A stretch of DNA of 64,000 nucleotides from positions 5,626,237 to 5,690,236 of the forward strand of contig NW_004797271.1 in the NCBI RefSeq assembly GCF_000002075.1, in the 5' to 3' direction. Every line of letters starts with the position of its first letter. The stretch's first letter is position 1. Shown here one piece after another: positions 24,301 to 39,300 of the stretch. Source of the DNA: Aplysia californica (taxonomy: Eukaryota). Position numbers and translations under genes: made by a program. Below the pieces are notes generated by a model that made no database searches, was not told the DNA's origin, and saw nothing but the letters and a program-made list of their open reading frames with translations.

Positions 24301-27300
24301 GAACTTCATCAACATTTCTCACAATTGTTTCATGTTATGCTTACTGCTAACACTAGAAAGATACTGTCAAAGCAACATTATCGAGAGCTGGGATTATAAC
24401 ACAGCCTGAAGTGTGCATGCATCATACACTTGGCTGCAATTTAGTCATTGAACATTCTAAGGTTTGGTGAAACGTAGGCTTAACACCCCTATCAACACTA
24501 TTAGATTATTTAAGGAGAGGAGCGACCCTTGATTTTGCAGATTTTGGGTCAGGCTATGCACATTGAGACGTTGGCTGATTTTTTAAGATCAACCAGTTCT
24601 TTGTCTAAAAATTGCATGGAGACAATTGAGAAAGTCTTTATTCTCCTCGTAAATTGCCTTTGAAAACATGAGGGTGAATATAGTGAATTTTCACAATAAT
24701 CGTCATTTTTCGCAAAATGTCATTCCCCCCCTTCCTTAGTTTTCATCCTTTTGACATGAATCTTGCAGGAAACATAGATGGGAGGGATGCCATCAATGTA
24801 ACAGAGAGATATTTGCGAAAAAAAAACTAACTTTTCCATTGGCAAGCGATTACACAACCTAAATTTAGAAAAGTTTATTTATACTTTGGTAAAATTCTCA
24901 AATTCTTTTCTTCTTTTGCACTTATTGAAAAAAAATCGCTGTTACGCTGATAGAGGGTCTAGTTCAGGTATACTCTCACCAAACAAACTTGGTCAAATTT
25001 GGTCAGTAAATAAGACAGCCTGAGGGATTTGAAATTCCTTGTTCACCTTCAAGATGGCGGTCGTTTCCATAGCAACCGCTGTAGCCATGCCAAAATAAAA
25101 TTGCGTATCAAGAGATTTTACTATGCCTAACTTATATATGTGTACTTAGAGTTGATCTCGGGCAACAAACATAGAAAATAGCCCTCAAGGGTCGCTCCTC
25201 CCGTTAAGAGGCAGGACCTATGAGTTTAACGTCCATCTCCAAAGGACCGAGCAGATCAGAAATTTGTGTAAAGTGCCAATCCCAAGGACACAAAATCGGA
25301 CACAGCTGAGGCTCAAACACCTGAACCTGCAATTTCACAATTACGGGTCCACTGAGCTAACCACTACGCTACTGACATTTTAAGGATTCCAAAGTTATGA
25401 AGTACTGAAAAACAACAAAACACCATTGTCGTAGTTTCCCGAAAGTGAGCACAAGAACTGCTATAATTCGCTGCGAGACAGACTAAAAAAATAACAATGC
25501 AGTAAAGATAACGAACTTGCTAACCTCACCTGAGCACCCAAAAACCTCCCACAACAAACAAGTTTCACATCAAAATGAAAACTTACTAAGAGATCAGACC
25601 ACAAATGGCAGGTCTAGCAAGCTTTCCCTCCTGAAAAATCTATTTCTTATCTCATTGCACTAGTACCAATTAATAATGAAATACTATTTTTTTAAAAAGA
25701 AGAAAAAAACAACTATCAACCCATTCTCCTGCCACTTCATACCTTAGGCAGAGCTAATGTTGGCTTGTCTTTCCCATCGTTCCAGCGGTCTGGAGTGAAG
25801 TTATAGAGCTCTTTGAGATCAGAGGCAGAGAAGTGGCGTTCAATCTGGTGCTCGTCCACTACACGCTGTGACAGGGACAACTTCGTCACCTGTCGCTCGT
25901 AGATCTTCTCCTCCATAGATCCCTGTCACAAAAACGGACAAATCTTAGTCTTAAATCTTTGTCTAATAATAATAAAGCTGATTTCCAATTTATGTGGCTT
26001 TCATTCCTGTGCAACACAGCTCTAGGCACTTTACAATAACTTCATCTTTATGCCAAATATATGTACATGAACGTGCAAATATAGGCTCTTTAGATTAAGG
26101 TTTACACATAAACTGGCATTCATACAGGTGCTATCCCAGCACAGTCAATGTCCATATCTGTGTCACATTAAGAACGTTTGAGTCCTTGGAATATAATGGA
26201 CTGACTATAAAAGATGGCAAGTTAAAAATTTCTTAAATTTTGCCACAAACTTTGTATCCCATCGAATGTCAGAGAGAGTATGAGACAGATGGAGCTAGAT
26301 GTTTAGTAGAGGTTTTACGGCGCTCGCAACTAAAACCTCTACTAAACATCTAGCTCTATCTGTCTGATACTCTCTCTGAGAAAAGGACTTCCCAGCGAGT
26401 TTCTGACCTCTCTTCTTAGGTGCCCTCATCAGAGACTGATCTCCTGATCTTAGACATCTTGGTGAAACATACATTTGAATGAATTTGTAAATCCTTGTTT
26501 GAGAGGTCCGAGACCATACTGTATTCACATGTGTATCCATGGAAATGTTTATTCATGGATTTTTAAATGACAGAAGAAAGTTCATGAGAACAAGAAGCAC
26601 ATAATTTACATATTCTTATTCAGAAGCACTATGTATACAAAATGTTTAAAAAGAATGACAAACCATCTTGATTGTCATTTCTACTGTGCAGAATTTAAAA
26701 TTTGAAAGAAAAAAAAGCAAGAAGCAGAATGAGATAAAAATATACTCTAAATACATGAAACAGCTCAACAGTGTTCTTACCTGAGCCAAGAACCGATATA
26801 TATAACATGGCTTCGTCTGTCCAAAGCGGTACACTCTGAATATAGACTGCACATCATGTGAGGGATTCCAGGAAGCATCAAAGATGATGACTCTGTTAGC
26901 AGCAACCAGATTGATGCCCAAACCACCTGCTTTAGTGGAGATGAGGAACAGCCGAGCCCTGGAACACACCAAGAGCACAGTGATTACGCTGTCTGTTGGC
27001 TGTTTGGCATTATCTACGCGGTTCACAACTATTATTACTCCGGCAGAGACTGCAAGTAAGAAACATTCTCAGCTTCCCAGGAAGCACACAAATGCAAGCT
27101 ATGGATTACACTCTACAAACTGACAAGATATTTTGCTGCCCATAGCCATTCCACCAGAGTGCAGTGAGAAAAATGTGTAAAGTGCCTTTCCCAAGGACAC
27201 AACGTTGGGCCTCTTTCATTCAGGTTTGAGAACCTTACCACTAGACCACGGCCAGTCAAAGGTAATAGTGAGAAAAATAGAAGTAGAAGTGATCTTGATG

Positions 27301-30300
27301 CTAAGATACCTACCATTTACAGGTCCTACCCCAAGAAACAAAAACAACCATTGACATAAAAGGGAGCGGACATTCTAGAATTCCAGTATCTCCAGAAAAA
27401 TGGTAGCATACTAACGGGACAGCTGGTCCGATGGTTTACAACACTCTATTCACACACTTTCAACTCAAAATATTTTTAAAAAATGTAAAACCTGATTTCA
27501 TGGAATACAAACAAATGTTCTTAAATATCCCTCAGCCTTGCTATTTTCTGGGCAGTTTTTGAACAATTAAACCTACACAGAACTGTTAAAATACAAACAT
27601 TTAGAAAAAAACTTTTTAACGTGATCAGTCAGTCAGCCTAACCTGTAGTTTTCCAGATCGTTGAAGCTCTGAGCCCAGGCTTGTCTGTTCTGAGCACTGG
27701 TAGAGCCATCCATGCGATAGTAGTCCAGATTCTTAGTCCACTGACGGCCAAACATTTCCTCTTCCTGTCCAACAACAAAAAATATCAAATGCTGATCAAC
27801 TTTAACCTTAGACTCAACGACCAAACACATTTTTAGCAGTTGATCAGTTATTTTGACAAGAATTTTACAAGAGAAACACCCAACGACTGGCTTGCATAGA
27901 GGTCACAAATTATTTTCGACGAATAGGACAACAACAAACATAAGCTTGTCAACTTCTAACCCCAATCACAGACATCTACATTTATAACATCAGACTATGT
28001 CACAGCAAACAAAATTACATAAAATGGGGGCTGATTTCGGTGTCGCCTTATAGATATGGTTTTCAAATTCCCGATTACCAAATCCAGGACAGCCCTGGGA
28101 AATTCAGGACAATTAGCAATCCTGCAAAAGGGTGTGTACCTTTTTAAAATCTCTCCATCATATTGATCCTGCAAACTTACAGGCTTTTCCTCTTCTCCCT
28201 CTGGCTTCTCATCACACTCCTGCTGAAACTTGGAATCTATGTTTTCCAAGAAGTTCTCAATAATGTTCAAAGACAGGATGCTCTGACTAAAAATCAATCT
28301 GAAATTGAAAATGAAAAACAGAACAAATGAGGAACCATTGCCAAAGAACATTCTAGACATAAAAAGCAGAACAATTTTTTTTTTACAAAACTCAAAGACT
28401 TTAAAAGAGTGAAGATTATGAATCCAGGCGGCTGTGCTGATAAAAGGAAAAGTTCTTATCTAGTGCAAAAGTATGCAAGAGTACTTGACATAGCTTAACA
28501 ACCTAGTCGCATTGTATGGAGATGACATTGTGTTCATAACCTCTTTGATCTCTAAAACTACCTGACAATGATCTGTTTATCCCATTTCATTGATGCCCTA
28601 AAAACAAACTCAAAGATCTAGGACAGGCATGGGCATACTATGACCATCAGGCCAGATCTGGCCCAGAAGCAGTTTCAATCTGGCCTACAATTCATTCCAG
28701 TTATCGTTAACTAATAAAGCACCTCGTAGATAAGGAAAACAAAATTGCCCACTATTAGAAATTAAAATTAATGTTTAGTTTTCAGCCCAGATGGCAGAAA
28801 CAGATTTAATATTTATCCCATGAGCGACATATGCTGTAGCGTCAATTTTTAGGCTAACTAGGGAACTTAGTTTTTTTTTCAACCTCTTTTACCCAAATTT
28901 CTCATGCTTTGGCCCGCGAGATATTCGAAACTGCTTAACACTTTGCGGTCACACAGCTAGCAGTACAAAATGCCCCATCTGGTCGCCCAGCCAAGAAAGC
29001 GACTGCAACAGACCTCTCGGACCTGTTGCAGACTGCGCCAAGTGACCAGAACAGATAATTTTCACCACTGCATTTTTGCGGTAAGTTATTGCAAAGTGTA
29101 ATCCAGCCTGCGACTTGGCTACACTTGCTCATGACGGATCTAAGAGTAAAAATTGCAGTTCAGTTTACGGAGTACCTGCACCATAATGGCACCCGACTAC
29201 CAAAAAAAAACAGTAAAAGAAGCATAAAGAGCAAACCACATCAGGGCACCCATTGAACACTGGATTTAAATAAACCAAAAGTAAACCCTCGTGACCCATA
29301 ATACGAGCATCATTCGATAATTTTTCTTATGTGCCAAAGAAGGCAAGAGGCTGCTACGACGAAAACTGCCGCGTCTTGTGAACCCAAAGGACCACAATAA
29401 CAACCGCTGTTCCTCATATTTCGTATTCGCTGTAATGTTTCTATTAGGTGCACTTAATAAAACTCTTCACAGATTCACATGCAGCTATACTTTTTCTGTA
29501 CAAAGAAATCTTTTGCCCTCAGTTTGTTGTATTTACAAACAGAATCTAGTTATTGGCAATCAATTGCTAAATTGAGTTCCGTGTTCGATGAAGCAAACTT
29601 ACCCATTATCATGTGGGATTAACCGCAATAACATATTAAACGACCTAAGGTAAAGACTTACACTTTGTCTCCGATCTCTTCACACATACGCAAGATTTCA
29701 AAGAGAAGAGTGAGTTTGTTGCTGAGCTCCAGTTTGCTCTTGTCGTCCTCTGTGACATACTGTGCCCACCACTGACTAGACACCTGGTTCTCCGGTTCCT
29801 CAGGCCGGCCGTCTTCGTCCGGACCACGAGTCTTTGACTTCCACTCAGTAATGACCTCCTCAGGGTCACTGTCTTCCCCTGCCTGCCGTCTGTAAAGAAA
29901 AACCCCCCGACAAACCGCGTATGTTCAACCAAGATCTCTATGATCAGGACATCAATCTCTTATCAGAGCAAAGGAAAGTCTGCCGTCTGTAAAGAAAAAA
30001 ACTTAAACTCACCACTTCAAATGTATATTCAACCAAGATCTCTATGATCAGAGCACATATGAAGGAAGGTAAAAAAAACTCGCTAGGTCCTTTTCTCATC
30101 TAGCTCCACCTATCTGGAATTCTCTCATTGAAAGGATGTAAAGTCAGAGGCAAAGTTTTATATTCCTTTAAAAACATACCTCATAAAATGAAATGCCGCG
30201 TTTACTATTTAACACGTACATTGTTTTCAACTGCGGTGCGATAGTCAGAATGCGTTAATCTAAAGAGTATATGCACACATATTTTGTCTTAACACATTAC

Positions 30301-33300
30301 ACCCTCACTCGCCTTCTGCGCTCCACCCTAACTCGTCCGGAACTACCCGCACCGCCCTAGAATGTTCCAACAGTGCTCTCTCTCATCACTCAAGACCCTT
30401 ACTAACTGACTACAAACATACAAACATAGCACGTTTTGAGTTAATGTAACTCCCACCCACAAAGTCCGAAAACGAGATGTCAATACCTGGCTTTTGCTCG
30501 TGTCCTGCGGGTGCCTCGCTTCTGTCCCGCCCCAGCACTGGTCCCTTCGCCACCACTGTCACTCATCTTTTTGTCATCGTCACTTGACGAGCCTGAGCTG
30601 GAGAAGGACCGCTCGTCTAACGAATCATCATCGATGAAAGAATCTTCGTCATCATACTTCATCTGTGGACATAAAGTTCAGGTTTAAACATCATGGTTTA
30701 GTTTAACACTCTCCCCGGACGCCGATCAGCGACGGTGTGATGTAGCAACCAAAAAAGTTGCAGAAATTATCTCCTTTTCGACATGCGCAATTGTTAAGAG
30801 TTTAATTTCCTTTTTGAATGGTTTGTGTGGCCTTTGAGGTCGAAAATCTGTATACAACAATTGGGGTAACTTTTTAAAAAAATGTCGAGTAGACCTAGCA
30901 AGAGTGCTGCTTTACTCTTACGCAATGATGAGAATTCTGGTGAGGAATTAGCTAGACTAGATCTAATGTTTTCAGTTCCGGTTCTAATTCCTTTTTTGGT
31001 GAACATGTGATTGTCACTTTCAATTTTCTCAGGATGAAGATTTCATAACGGTTGGGGTATTTTTGCCGAGATACAGGTGTAGTACTGATGTAGTCAACCT
31101 GCATCCTGGTCTGTGGGGATAAGTGTTGTGCGGTCTGCACCTTGCGTAGGTGGGAAGTTTTAATTAAGAATTTCACAGCACTTGCAACACAAATGGATTA
31201 TATTCTAAGGGCCAAAGATATGAAGTGTTACTAGAGACAAAGAAAAGAAGAAGGAGAGATTAGGATGGATGTTTTTTTTAGGAAAGAAGGAGCAAGCCAC
31301 ACAAGAGCACCCACCAACCCCCCCACGTTAACATCAGAGCAAAAGGTCCATATCCAGTTTGCACGGTATGAGTAGTAGTTCATGAACATGGAATGGTATA
31401 CCTCACCACACTTTACAATAATAAAAAACCTGAAAGAAAGTAGGAGCACAATGAAACTCGCAACAACCGCCTAATGATCAAAAGACGAAAAAAAAAAAAA
31501 GCATTACATCTCATATTATGTGAAGCCTTCCCCAAATCCCCACTCAAAACACAAACTGAAAAAACTTGATCATAAACTAACAACTTCAGCTCTGAGACAA
31601 GAGTGCTACACAACCACAAGGTAGAATAAATGCCACAAGAAGGAGGAAAGCGGAAAACCCACTACGAGCACATAACCAGTAACTTCGAATCCAAACCAAG
31701 ACTAGACTGAGGATACCGACTACTCCACAATCATTTTTCAGCTGGAAAATTCCACCTCACCTTCAATTCGTCTCTGATCTCAGCCAGCTTGAGCACCCAG
31801 GGGTGAGTCCATATCTTCATGAGGTTCTGGTAGTCTTTGAAGAGTCGTGCTCCCTTGTTGTTGAACACACCGTCCACCCCCTGACCGGAGAGCTCCATGT
31901 ACTTGTAGTATAGATCTGCCTGGACGTCGGTCAACCGCACCGAGATCACATACTCTTGCTTCGGTGGCAGGAACTTGGTGAGAGCGGAGTAGTCCCTCCT
32001 CTGTGGTGGCAGAAAAATTTCGTTATGAGCATCAAACTATATTTAAGTTGATAAATGAACTCTGTAACAGCAGCCAAACCTCTTTATTTTGGACACCAAA
32101 AGTTTAAGATAGTATGCAAACTGTTTTAAGCCCAGAAAGCAAAATTTTTCAGTAAAGACACAAATATACTGGTCACTTTAGCTGCGCTGCCGCCCATGGC
32201 TCGGAGTAGAAAAATGAGTAAAATTCCAATAGAAATAAATACTTGCATGCTGCCACCCCACAGAGACAGAATCTCCATAGAATTTGAGGAGTCTCACCAG
32301 GCAGGATTGATTTCAATGTTGCAAGCACTGTGCAGTTATTGAACTATACCCACAAAAAATATCTCAGAGGATACCTCATTTTGAGTTGGGTTTTTTTCTT
32401 CTTTTTCATCTGTAAGAATAAGTGTCTGAATGCCCTAGCAAGCTTGTCAACTAATTCAAAACCCTATCAGTGACATCCAACATTAAAACATCAGATTACA
32501 CAACTGTAGTTCTTAAGCTGACTTCTTAGAAACCCCGCCCCCCAGAACCTAAGCACCATCTAAACACCAGCATAACCGCAATGCCCATCATCCATTTCTT
32601 TAACACTTTGAAGTCACTTGCCGCAATAATGTGCCAGTGAAAAATATCCGTACCGTCACCTGGAGCAGTTCTGCGCGAGGCCAAGAAGTCTGTTGCAGTT
32701 GCTCTCCTGGCTGAGTGACCAGATGAGGTATTTTGTACTGCTGGCTGTGCGACTGCAAACAACTTAATACTGCACAACAGAAAAGAAAATAGCTATTTGT
32801 AAACATCCCCCCATTACCTGCACACAACCAGCCAGCATCTCGTGGAGAACGTGAGCTCTAGCCTTCATCAGTTTGACGTCGCGAGGGGTGCTGTCCGTAC
32901 ACTGGCCGTTCCCGATGGGGCTGATGAACCGATTGTTGAACTCTTTGCGTGTTCCCAGCAGGTTGGGTTTCACAAAGCTCACCATGCAGTGATCTACACA
33001 GAAACAAATACAATATAGCATGTCTAAAATAATCACAATCACAGACAACATTGTCCAAGACAGCCAACAATTGTCAGGGAGAAAATTGGATATCTTAGAC
33101 AGGTGGACATCTTGGACAGTGTCATGACAATATTTAAAAAACCCTTTTGGGGGGTGGTTGTTAGTGCAGGAGATTATCTTGGACAGGAGGCCATTGAAGC
33201 AGGTTTGAAAGTTGGAATGTACTTAAAACAATACAGCAACAGTAACTCAACATGTTTAAACTCACAACACATTTAAATATTCTCCGCAGCCCACGGGCAT

Positions 33301-36300
33301 ACACCATAAAAGCTACCGCACTTAAATAACAGCTTTGAGAAAGCTCAAAATATGAACTGACGAAATACACCATTTTTAACTCCATAAATACACTGACTTT
33401 CAAACTATAAATATGCTCATTCCATTTTATACGACTGTTCCAAAGCAGGTCAAGTAGATGCTGACTCACTTGGCCTAAAAAAATTTGATAAAAGGAAAAA
33501 TGAAAAAGCCTTTTCATTTAATTTTCAAGGGTTGTCCTGCTTGTAACTGAAAAGGTCATGGATTCAAATCCCATCAAGGGCCTGACATTCATCCCTGGGG
33601 AAAAATACTTTTCCTCACTCCAATCAGGTGGGATTGGGTACCAAGCTATAAGCGACAAAAGATCTTGTCAGTATATAACTGTTTGAACACTTAATTGGTG
33701 CTTCCGGGGAGGACTAAAGAACAAGGAGCATGCTGTAAAGTATGGATATGCGCTGTAAATATAGGCAATTATGATCAATATTATTCCTTTCTGCACCTAC
33801 ATTCATTGAGATTGTTCTGTAAAGGGGTCCCGGTAAGCACCACCCTCCTACGCGTCTTCATTTGATTCATGGCTTTTGAGAGTGCAGAGGCCTCATTTTT
33901 CAAGATGTGGCCCTCATCACACACTACAAGGTCAGGACCTGAGGGACAAAAAAAAAAAAAAATCAGTCAAGTTGTGTAAGATTCATTCCAAATAAACAAT
34001 GTAATTGAAGACATTCAGAAGTCAGCTTGCTGTTGGCTTTGGCAATTAGTTGAAAAACACGGGGGGGGGGGGGGGGGATAGGAATGAGGAAGTGATCATT
34101 TGTTCAAGTGGTTGTCTTCGACAGGAGGTGGTTAGAGCAGATTCAACTTTACTTAAATAAATCAATTGCAAGGTAGCCAAGAAAAGTGAACATGCATACT
34201 TGGTGAACTGAATTTCCTTAAGGACAAATTAAGTAGTATCCTAACTCTTCAACTTTTGAAGAAATAAAGACTTTGAAAAAAATTAATAATCAATGTACCC
34301 ATACATCGAAAATTCAGTGTAAAATGTTCATAAGAACTAACCAAAAAAATATTTACAGGAAATAACTACAAGAACACTGTCTTAAGTTCTACACCATGAC
34401 TTCTACTCAAGATGACATCTTTATGAATAAAATACATTTGGGACACTTATACATGCAAAAGTCAGTAGATTAAAAAATTGTAATATTCAGTGCTTCCATT
34501 AGCTGAAGCTGAAAAGTAAGGAAAATTCTGCCTGGGGTCAGGGACAGCGCGGTGGGGGTTCAGGGGGCAATGCCCCCTAAGAAAGTGAAATTTAGTGCTT
34601 TTAGAGGGTAGAAAATGGTATTAGGGAGCCTGCTTGAAGAGATTGCCTACAACCCATAACATTTATTTTTTAACCAACATTTTGTCTTGTTTCATTTCTT
34701 CACCTAGATCTACATGTCTTTCCATTGCTGGCTATGTTTAAAGCAGGTCCCCCTTCCATTGCTATTATAATTCAATTAATTTGTCATCGCACCATTGATC
34801 ATGAAGGCAAACCAGGGAATAATGAATAGATATGTACCTTCCCAATACAGTTACCCAGCGTATACCCTAATTTTCCTAAATGTTCACGTCTGAATGTCGC
34901 ATGTCACGACCTCGGAACAGGACTTCGAATTATTCTTGACTTTAGAAGTTTAGCATAAATTTCTTTCATAGCAGCCCTTGTCACGTTCCCGTACTGTAGA
35001 ATCTTCGCATGGATAATTTCTCTAGATCTAGACAAATTTGCAACAAAAAAAAGTTTTTTCTGACAGTAATTTTCTGTCTCAGATCACAAGTCAATTTACT
35101 TGATCAATGCGCAGATTTTCCAGCCGCGGCAACAATCCAAAGATAGAAGGAATGAGTAAATGATAGAAAGGAGGAAATTGGCACAAAAAATAGGCCAGAT
35201 TTTGATCAATCTGCAGGTAAAAATGTACTGCCGACTAACCCGCAATGAATGCACGGGGCATAGCAGATTAATGGCCGATTACACGAAAAGCACAATCTGG
35301 CAGCTTTCTATAACAATAACTTATTGCCAAGAGAATTGCCGTAAATATCCGTAACTTATACAAGAAGGTATCAAGGCGAGTATGGATCTTTTGCTACGAA
35401 ATTTCGGTAGTACTACGCTGTCGCAGTTTTTTATGGAGGGAGTTGATAATGATGGAGGAACAAGTACGGAACTGGTCTCCGTAAAAATACAGAGGAGAGG
35501 AAACACTGAATATACCCCTTTCCTTCTAGACTGAAGACTGAGGAAACTTAAAACAGATAAAAGATAAACACAACATATCCAGGTTGCATCCCTTTCTACA
35601 ATATCCTCAGTAATCCCTTCGACTACAGATACCCAGTATATCATAATGCAAGGCCACCAACAAATCAATGGAATTTTATGAACGTAACTTTTTTTTCTTA
35701 TTAAGTAATGCCTAGGAAAACATTTTTAAGATAAAAATACCCCCCCCCCCCAAAAAAAAAACAAATAAAAAAACCCACAGAAATAAACACAGACACAAAC
35801 AAACGTAAAAACAAAAAAAACACAAAATAACAAAATCAGTCAAACATGGTAACTTTTCAACTCCCCTTTGGTTGAGACTGACAACATGCACACAATCCAT
35901 AAGTACCTGGGTCTACCAGGGTCTCATAGAATATTTTTTTCTGTCTCTTGTTTTTGATACGGGCACCAGTGGTCAGATTTCTGTACATTTCATAGCCAAT
36001 GATCATGATGCCGCCACTCTCGTGCCAGTCTTTGAGGGTGTCAGCACGCAGCGGATTCTGCTTGCAGCTGGCTAGCTCCCACACCTGATCGGGGGGGACA
36101 AAAACATAACATTCATTTATGGACCACAAATATAGTTTTTCGTTTTTTAGTTTTAGTAGAGGTTTTACGGCGCTCGCAACTGCTTAAGGTCATATGAGAG
36201 CCAAGGGGTGGATGTCAACAGAGAAATCCTTACAGGGAATGAAGACTTACTCTGTTCACCCCTCAAGCTTCAACAGCATTAAGTCTGCTTCGACTATCAA

Positions 36301-39300
36301 GGCACCCCGGAAATAGCGGGTCACAAGAGTGTGACAAACATACAAAAGAAGCAGAGGGAAATGACGATAGTAAGGATTAGGAAAGAAAAAGCAGCACTTC
36401 CCTGTTGCAGTTCAGGCACTGTTATGAGCATGACATCGATGAATCAGCCCATTTACAATTACAATTCTACTGTGCATAAGAACATGGTTAATGTTCCCCC
36501 TTTGGGAATGGCCTAAAGACACTTCAGTCAGAGGCACCGCCCCCGGGGGGTACCTTTTTAGTTTTTACAGCACTTACAACACAAATAGGTAATATACGTG
36601 CTGAAGACCAGAGCACCCCCTAGAGAGCATTATATAATGGATGGGGTAACATCTACCCGAAATTGCACCCCACTCATTAACACATACTGCTTTGAAGATA
36701 GAATGTTTTCATACCCAGTACAACGTAACAAGTTTGGTACAAAAAATTTATGTCTCTAGCAGCAATTTCCATCATTTCTAAATACAGGCGAGTTGAGTTG
36801 ACCTATATAGCTCTTCCCTACATGTAGTTTTCAGGTACGTAATTAGATTTTCTTTTTATTGTTTATTTTCATGGCAAACTCATGCTTGTTACAAAGGAAT
36901 AAAAAAAGCGTTGCTCAGACACTTATGTCTTCATCAGACTCATTATGATAGACCTCCCACCTTCATAGGATACAAAAGGTAAAAGACTATCAGCCNNNNN
37001 NNNNNNNNNNNNNNNNNNNNNNNNNNNNNNNNNNNNNNNNNNNNNNNNNNNNNNNNNNNNNNNNNNNNNNNNNNNNNNNNNNNNNNNNNNNNNNNNNNNN
37101 NNNNNNNNNNNNNNNNNNNNNNNNNNNNNNNNNNNNNCTCCAGCTGGTCCTCCTCGTCAAACCACATGGTCCACTCGTTCTGCCAGTTGAGCACCGTGTT
37201 TAGAGGGGACACCACCAGGCACGTGCGCTGGCCCAAGACCTTCGCATGGGTCATGACTGTGTGCACAAAAGAGATCACCTGGGAGGGAAGAAAAAAATAA
37301 CCAAATAAAGAACATGAGTTCCAACTTCTAAAAACAACAGATGAGAGGACAGACAGGAAGGAAGATGAGAAAAGATACTCAATTCCTGAGATTCCGAATA
37401 TAAATATACGGACATATGACAAAATGAGACCATGAAAGGGTCTGATGCCTACTTACAAAACAAAAAAGAATGGGTAAAAATTTGATACAGTAATTCATCG
37501 AGGCCAGGAATTCATGGTCAACACTCACCGAGAGAGTTTTTCCCAGACCCATGCAGTGAGCCAGAATGCAGCCAGCACCCTGTTCTTTTTTAGACCTTTT
37601 GACACTTTCATACATGCAATCCCACATAAACTGCACAGCTGCGGGGAGAAAGAGAAAACACACTGATAATGACTATGAAAAAAATATGTATCAAGATATC
37701 AAGAGACATCCATAATGGGGTATTGAATTCCATAACAAACCTTATCTGCAACTACAATGCAATTTTAAACAATGACATTTATGACAACACTGGATGCACA
37801 AAGTCAGGTTCCTGCCTTGACTTGGTGATTTTTTTCCTGGCAAGAAACGAAAAGAAAGAAAGGAAAAGAAAAGAGATAAAAAAGAAAGAAAAATCTTGTT
37901 AGCTTAATACTTGGCAGTCAAGACTAGCAGAAATGCAGCTTGCCCTCTCTTCACATGGGAAAGGCAATGATCAAACTACACTAAGCTAAGCATTGCTAGT
38001 TTGTCAGAGGCAAAGAGAACTGAAATAAGAGACCAAAACAATATACAAGAGTAAAACAGTTTGCTCAGCAGTGTAGCACACAGAGCTTCCAGCAGCTGAT
38101 GACTTTTTCGAGGATTTTTGGGTCCTTGGCAGGGGTTGAAGGGGGACAGCGCCTCAAGCCTACATCTAACAAGAAAAATAAGTGAGAAAAAATAAGTACC
38201 TTGCATACATAATTTTCTGCTTGTGTTAGTCCATTATAAATCCAAGGCCATGCTTTCTCCCTTGTATACCAGTACTGAACATCCATAAAAGTAGTATAAC
38301 AGCTAGATCTATATAACTTGACAGTCAATGTTCAACTTTTTTCTGCTTCTGTTGGTTTGCACCATAATATGTAGAATCCATATAATCTAAGGCCATGCTG
38401 TTCTCCCTTGTAGGCCTATAGTACACCCATAATAGAATAACAGCTAGATCTAAATAGCTGACAGCTTATGTTCAACTTAAATACACAACAATATTTACAA
38501 ATAAAGTCTGATAAAAAATCAAGCTCTCTTTAGAGTTTTCTTTCTTGGCAGGCCCAAGATCTAATGAACCACATTTCTTCTTGTTTACAGTGCTGATGCT
38601 CTGCTGGTGCTTTAGAAGTGAAAGTGGAAGACAATGTCTTCACTTTCATATAAAAGAGCATTTCCGGTATGGGTTAGCTATTGACTATGAGTATTTTCAG
38701 AAAATTTTTATTTTGTATTTGTTAAAAATTATTTTTTAGCATTAATTTTCATGGAAATCTTTCCATTAACGGATATCTGCAAATTTGCAGAAAACTGGAA
38801 GGACTGAGCACAGGGCACAGTTCAACATCTGTCCAGTCCAAATAAGCATAACATTGACATACATGGATCACACTGGTCTAAAATGGCTTACTGTCTCATT
38901 CTCATCAGAAGCATAGCACTCTTCAGAAAACCAATTGAAAATATATGCATGCAAGTGTTTCAGTTAGGATCTTTGAACCCATTCAGTACTGTGTCTAATT
39001 TTTAAGCAAATAATGACAATACAGATCATCAAATTTCATGTGATTGAAATTTTAACCTTCAAGTTCCGATTTGGTGTTATCAAGTAAATTCCCCAATTCC
39101 TTCAAATTTGTCGACCAACATCACTCCATTACTCACCTTCCACCTGATGCGGCTTGAGCTTGCGGACCAATTTTTTGTTCACTTGCACGATGGGCTCATC
39201 ACCCTCCTCCTTGCCAGGCTCCAGGATTAGCTTTGTTGTGATCAGGCAGTTCATGGGGTTGTTCTCATCTGTGATCGTCTCAATATTAAACTGACAGAGA

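Noticed and set aside
28140-28180. Alternative donor extending exon 23
   Set aside because: It would be phase 2, incompatible with phase-0 exon 24
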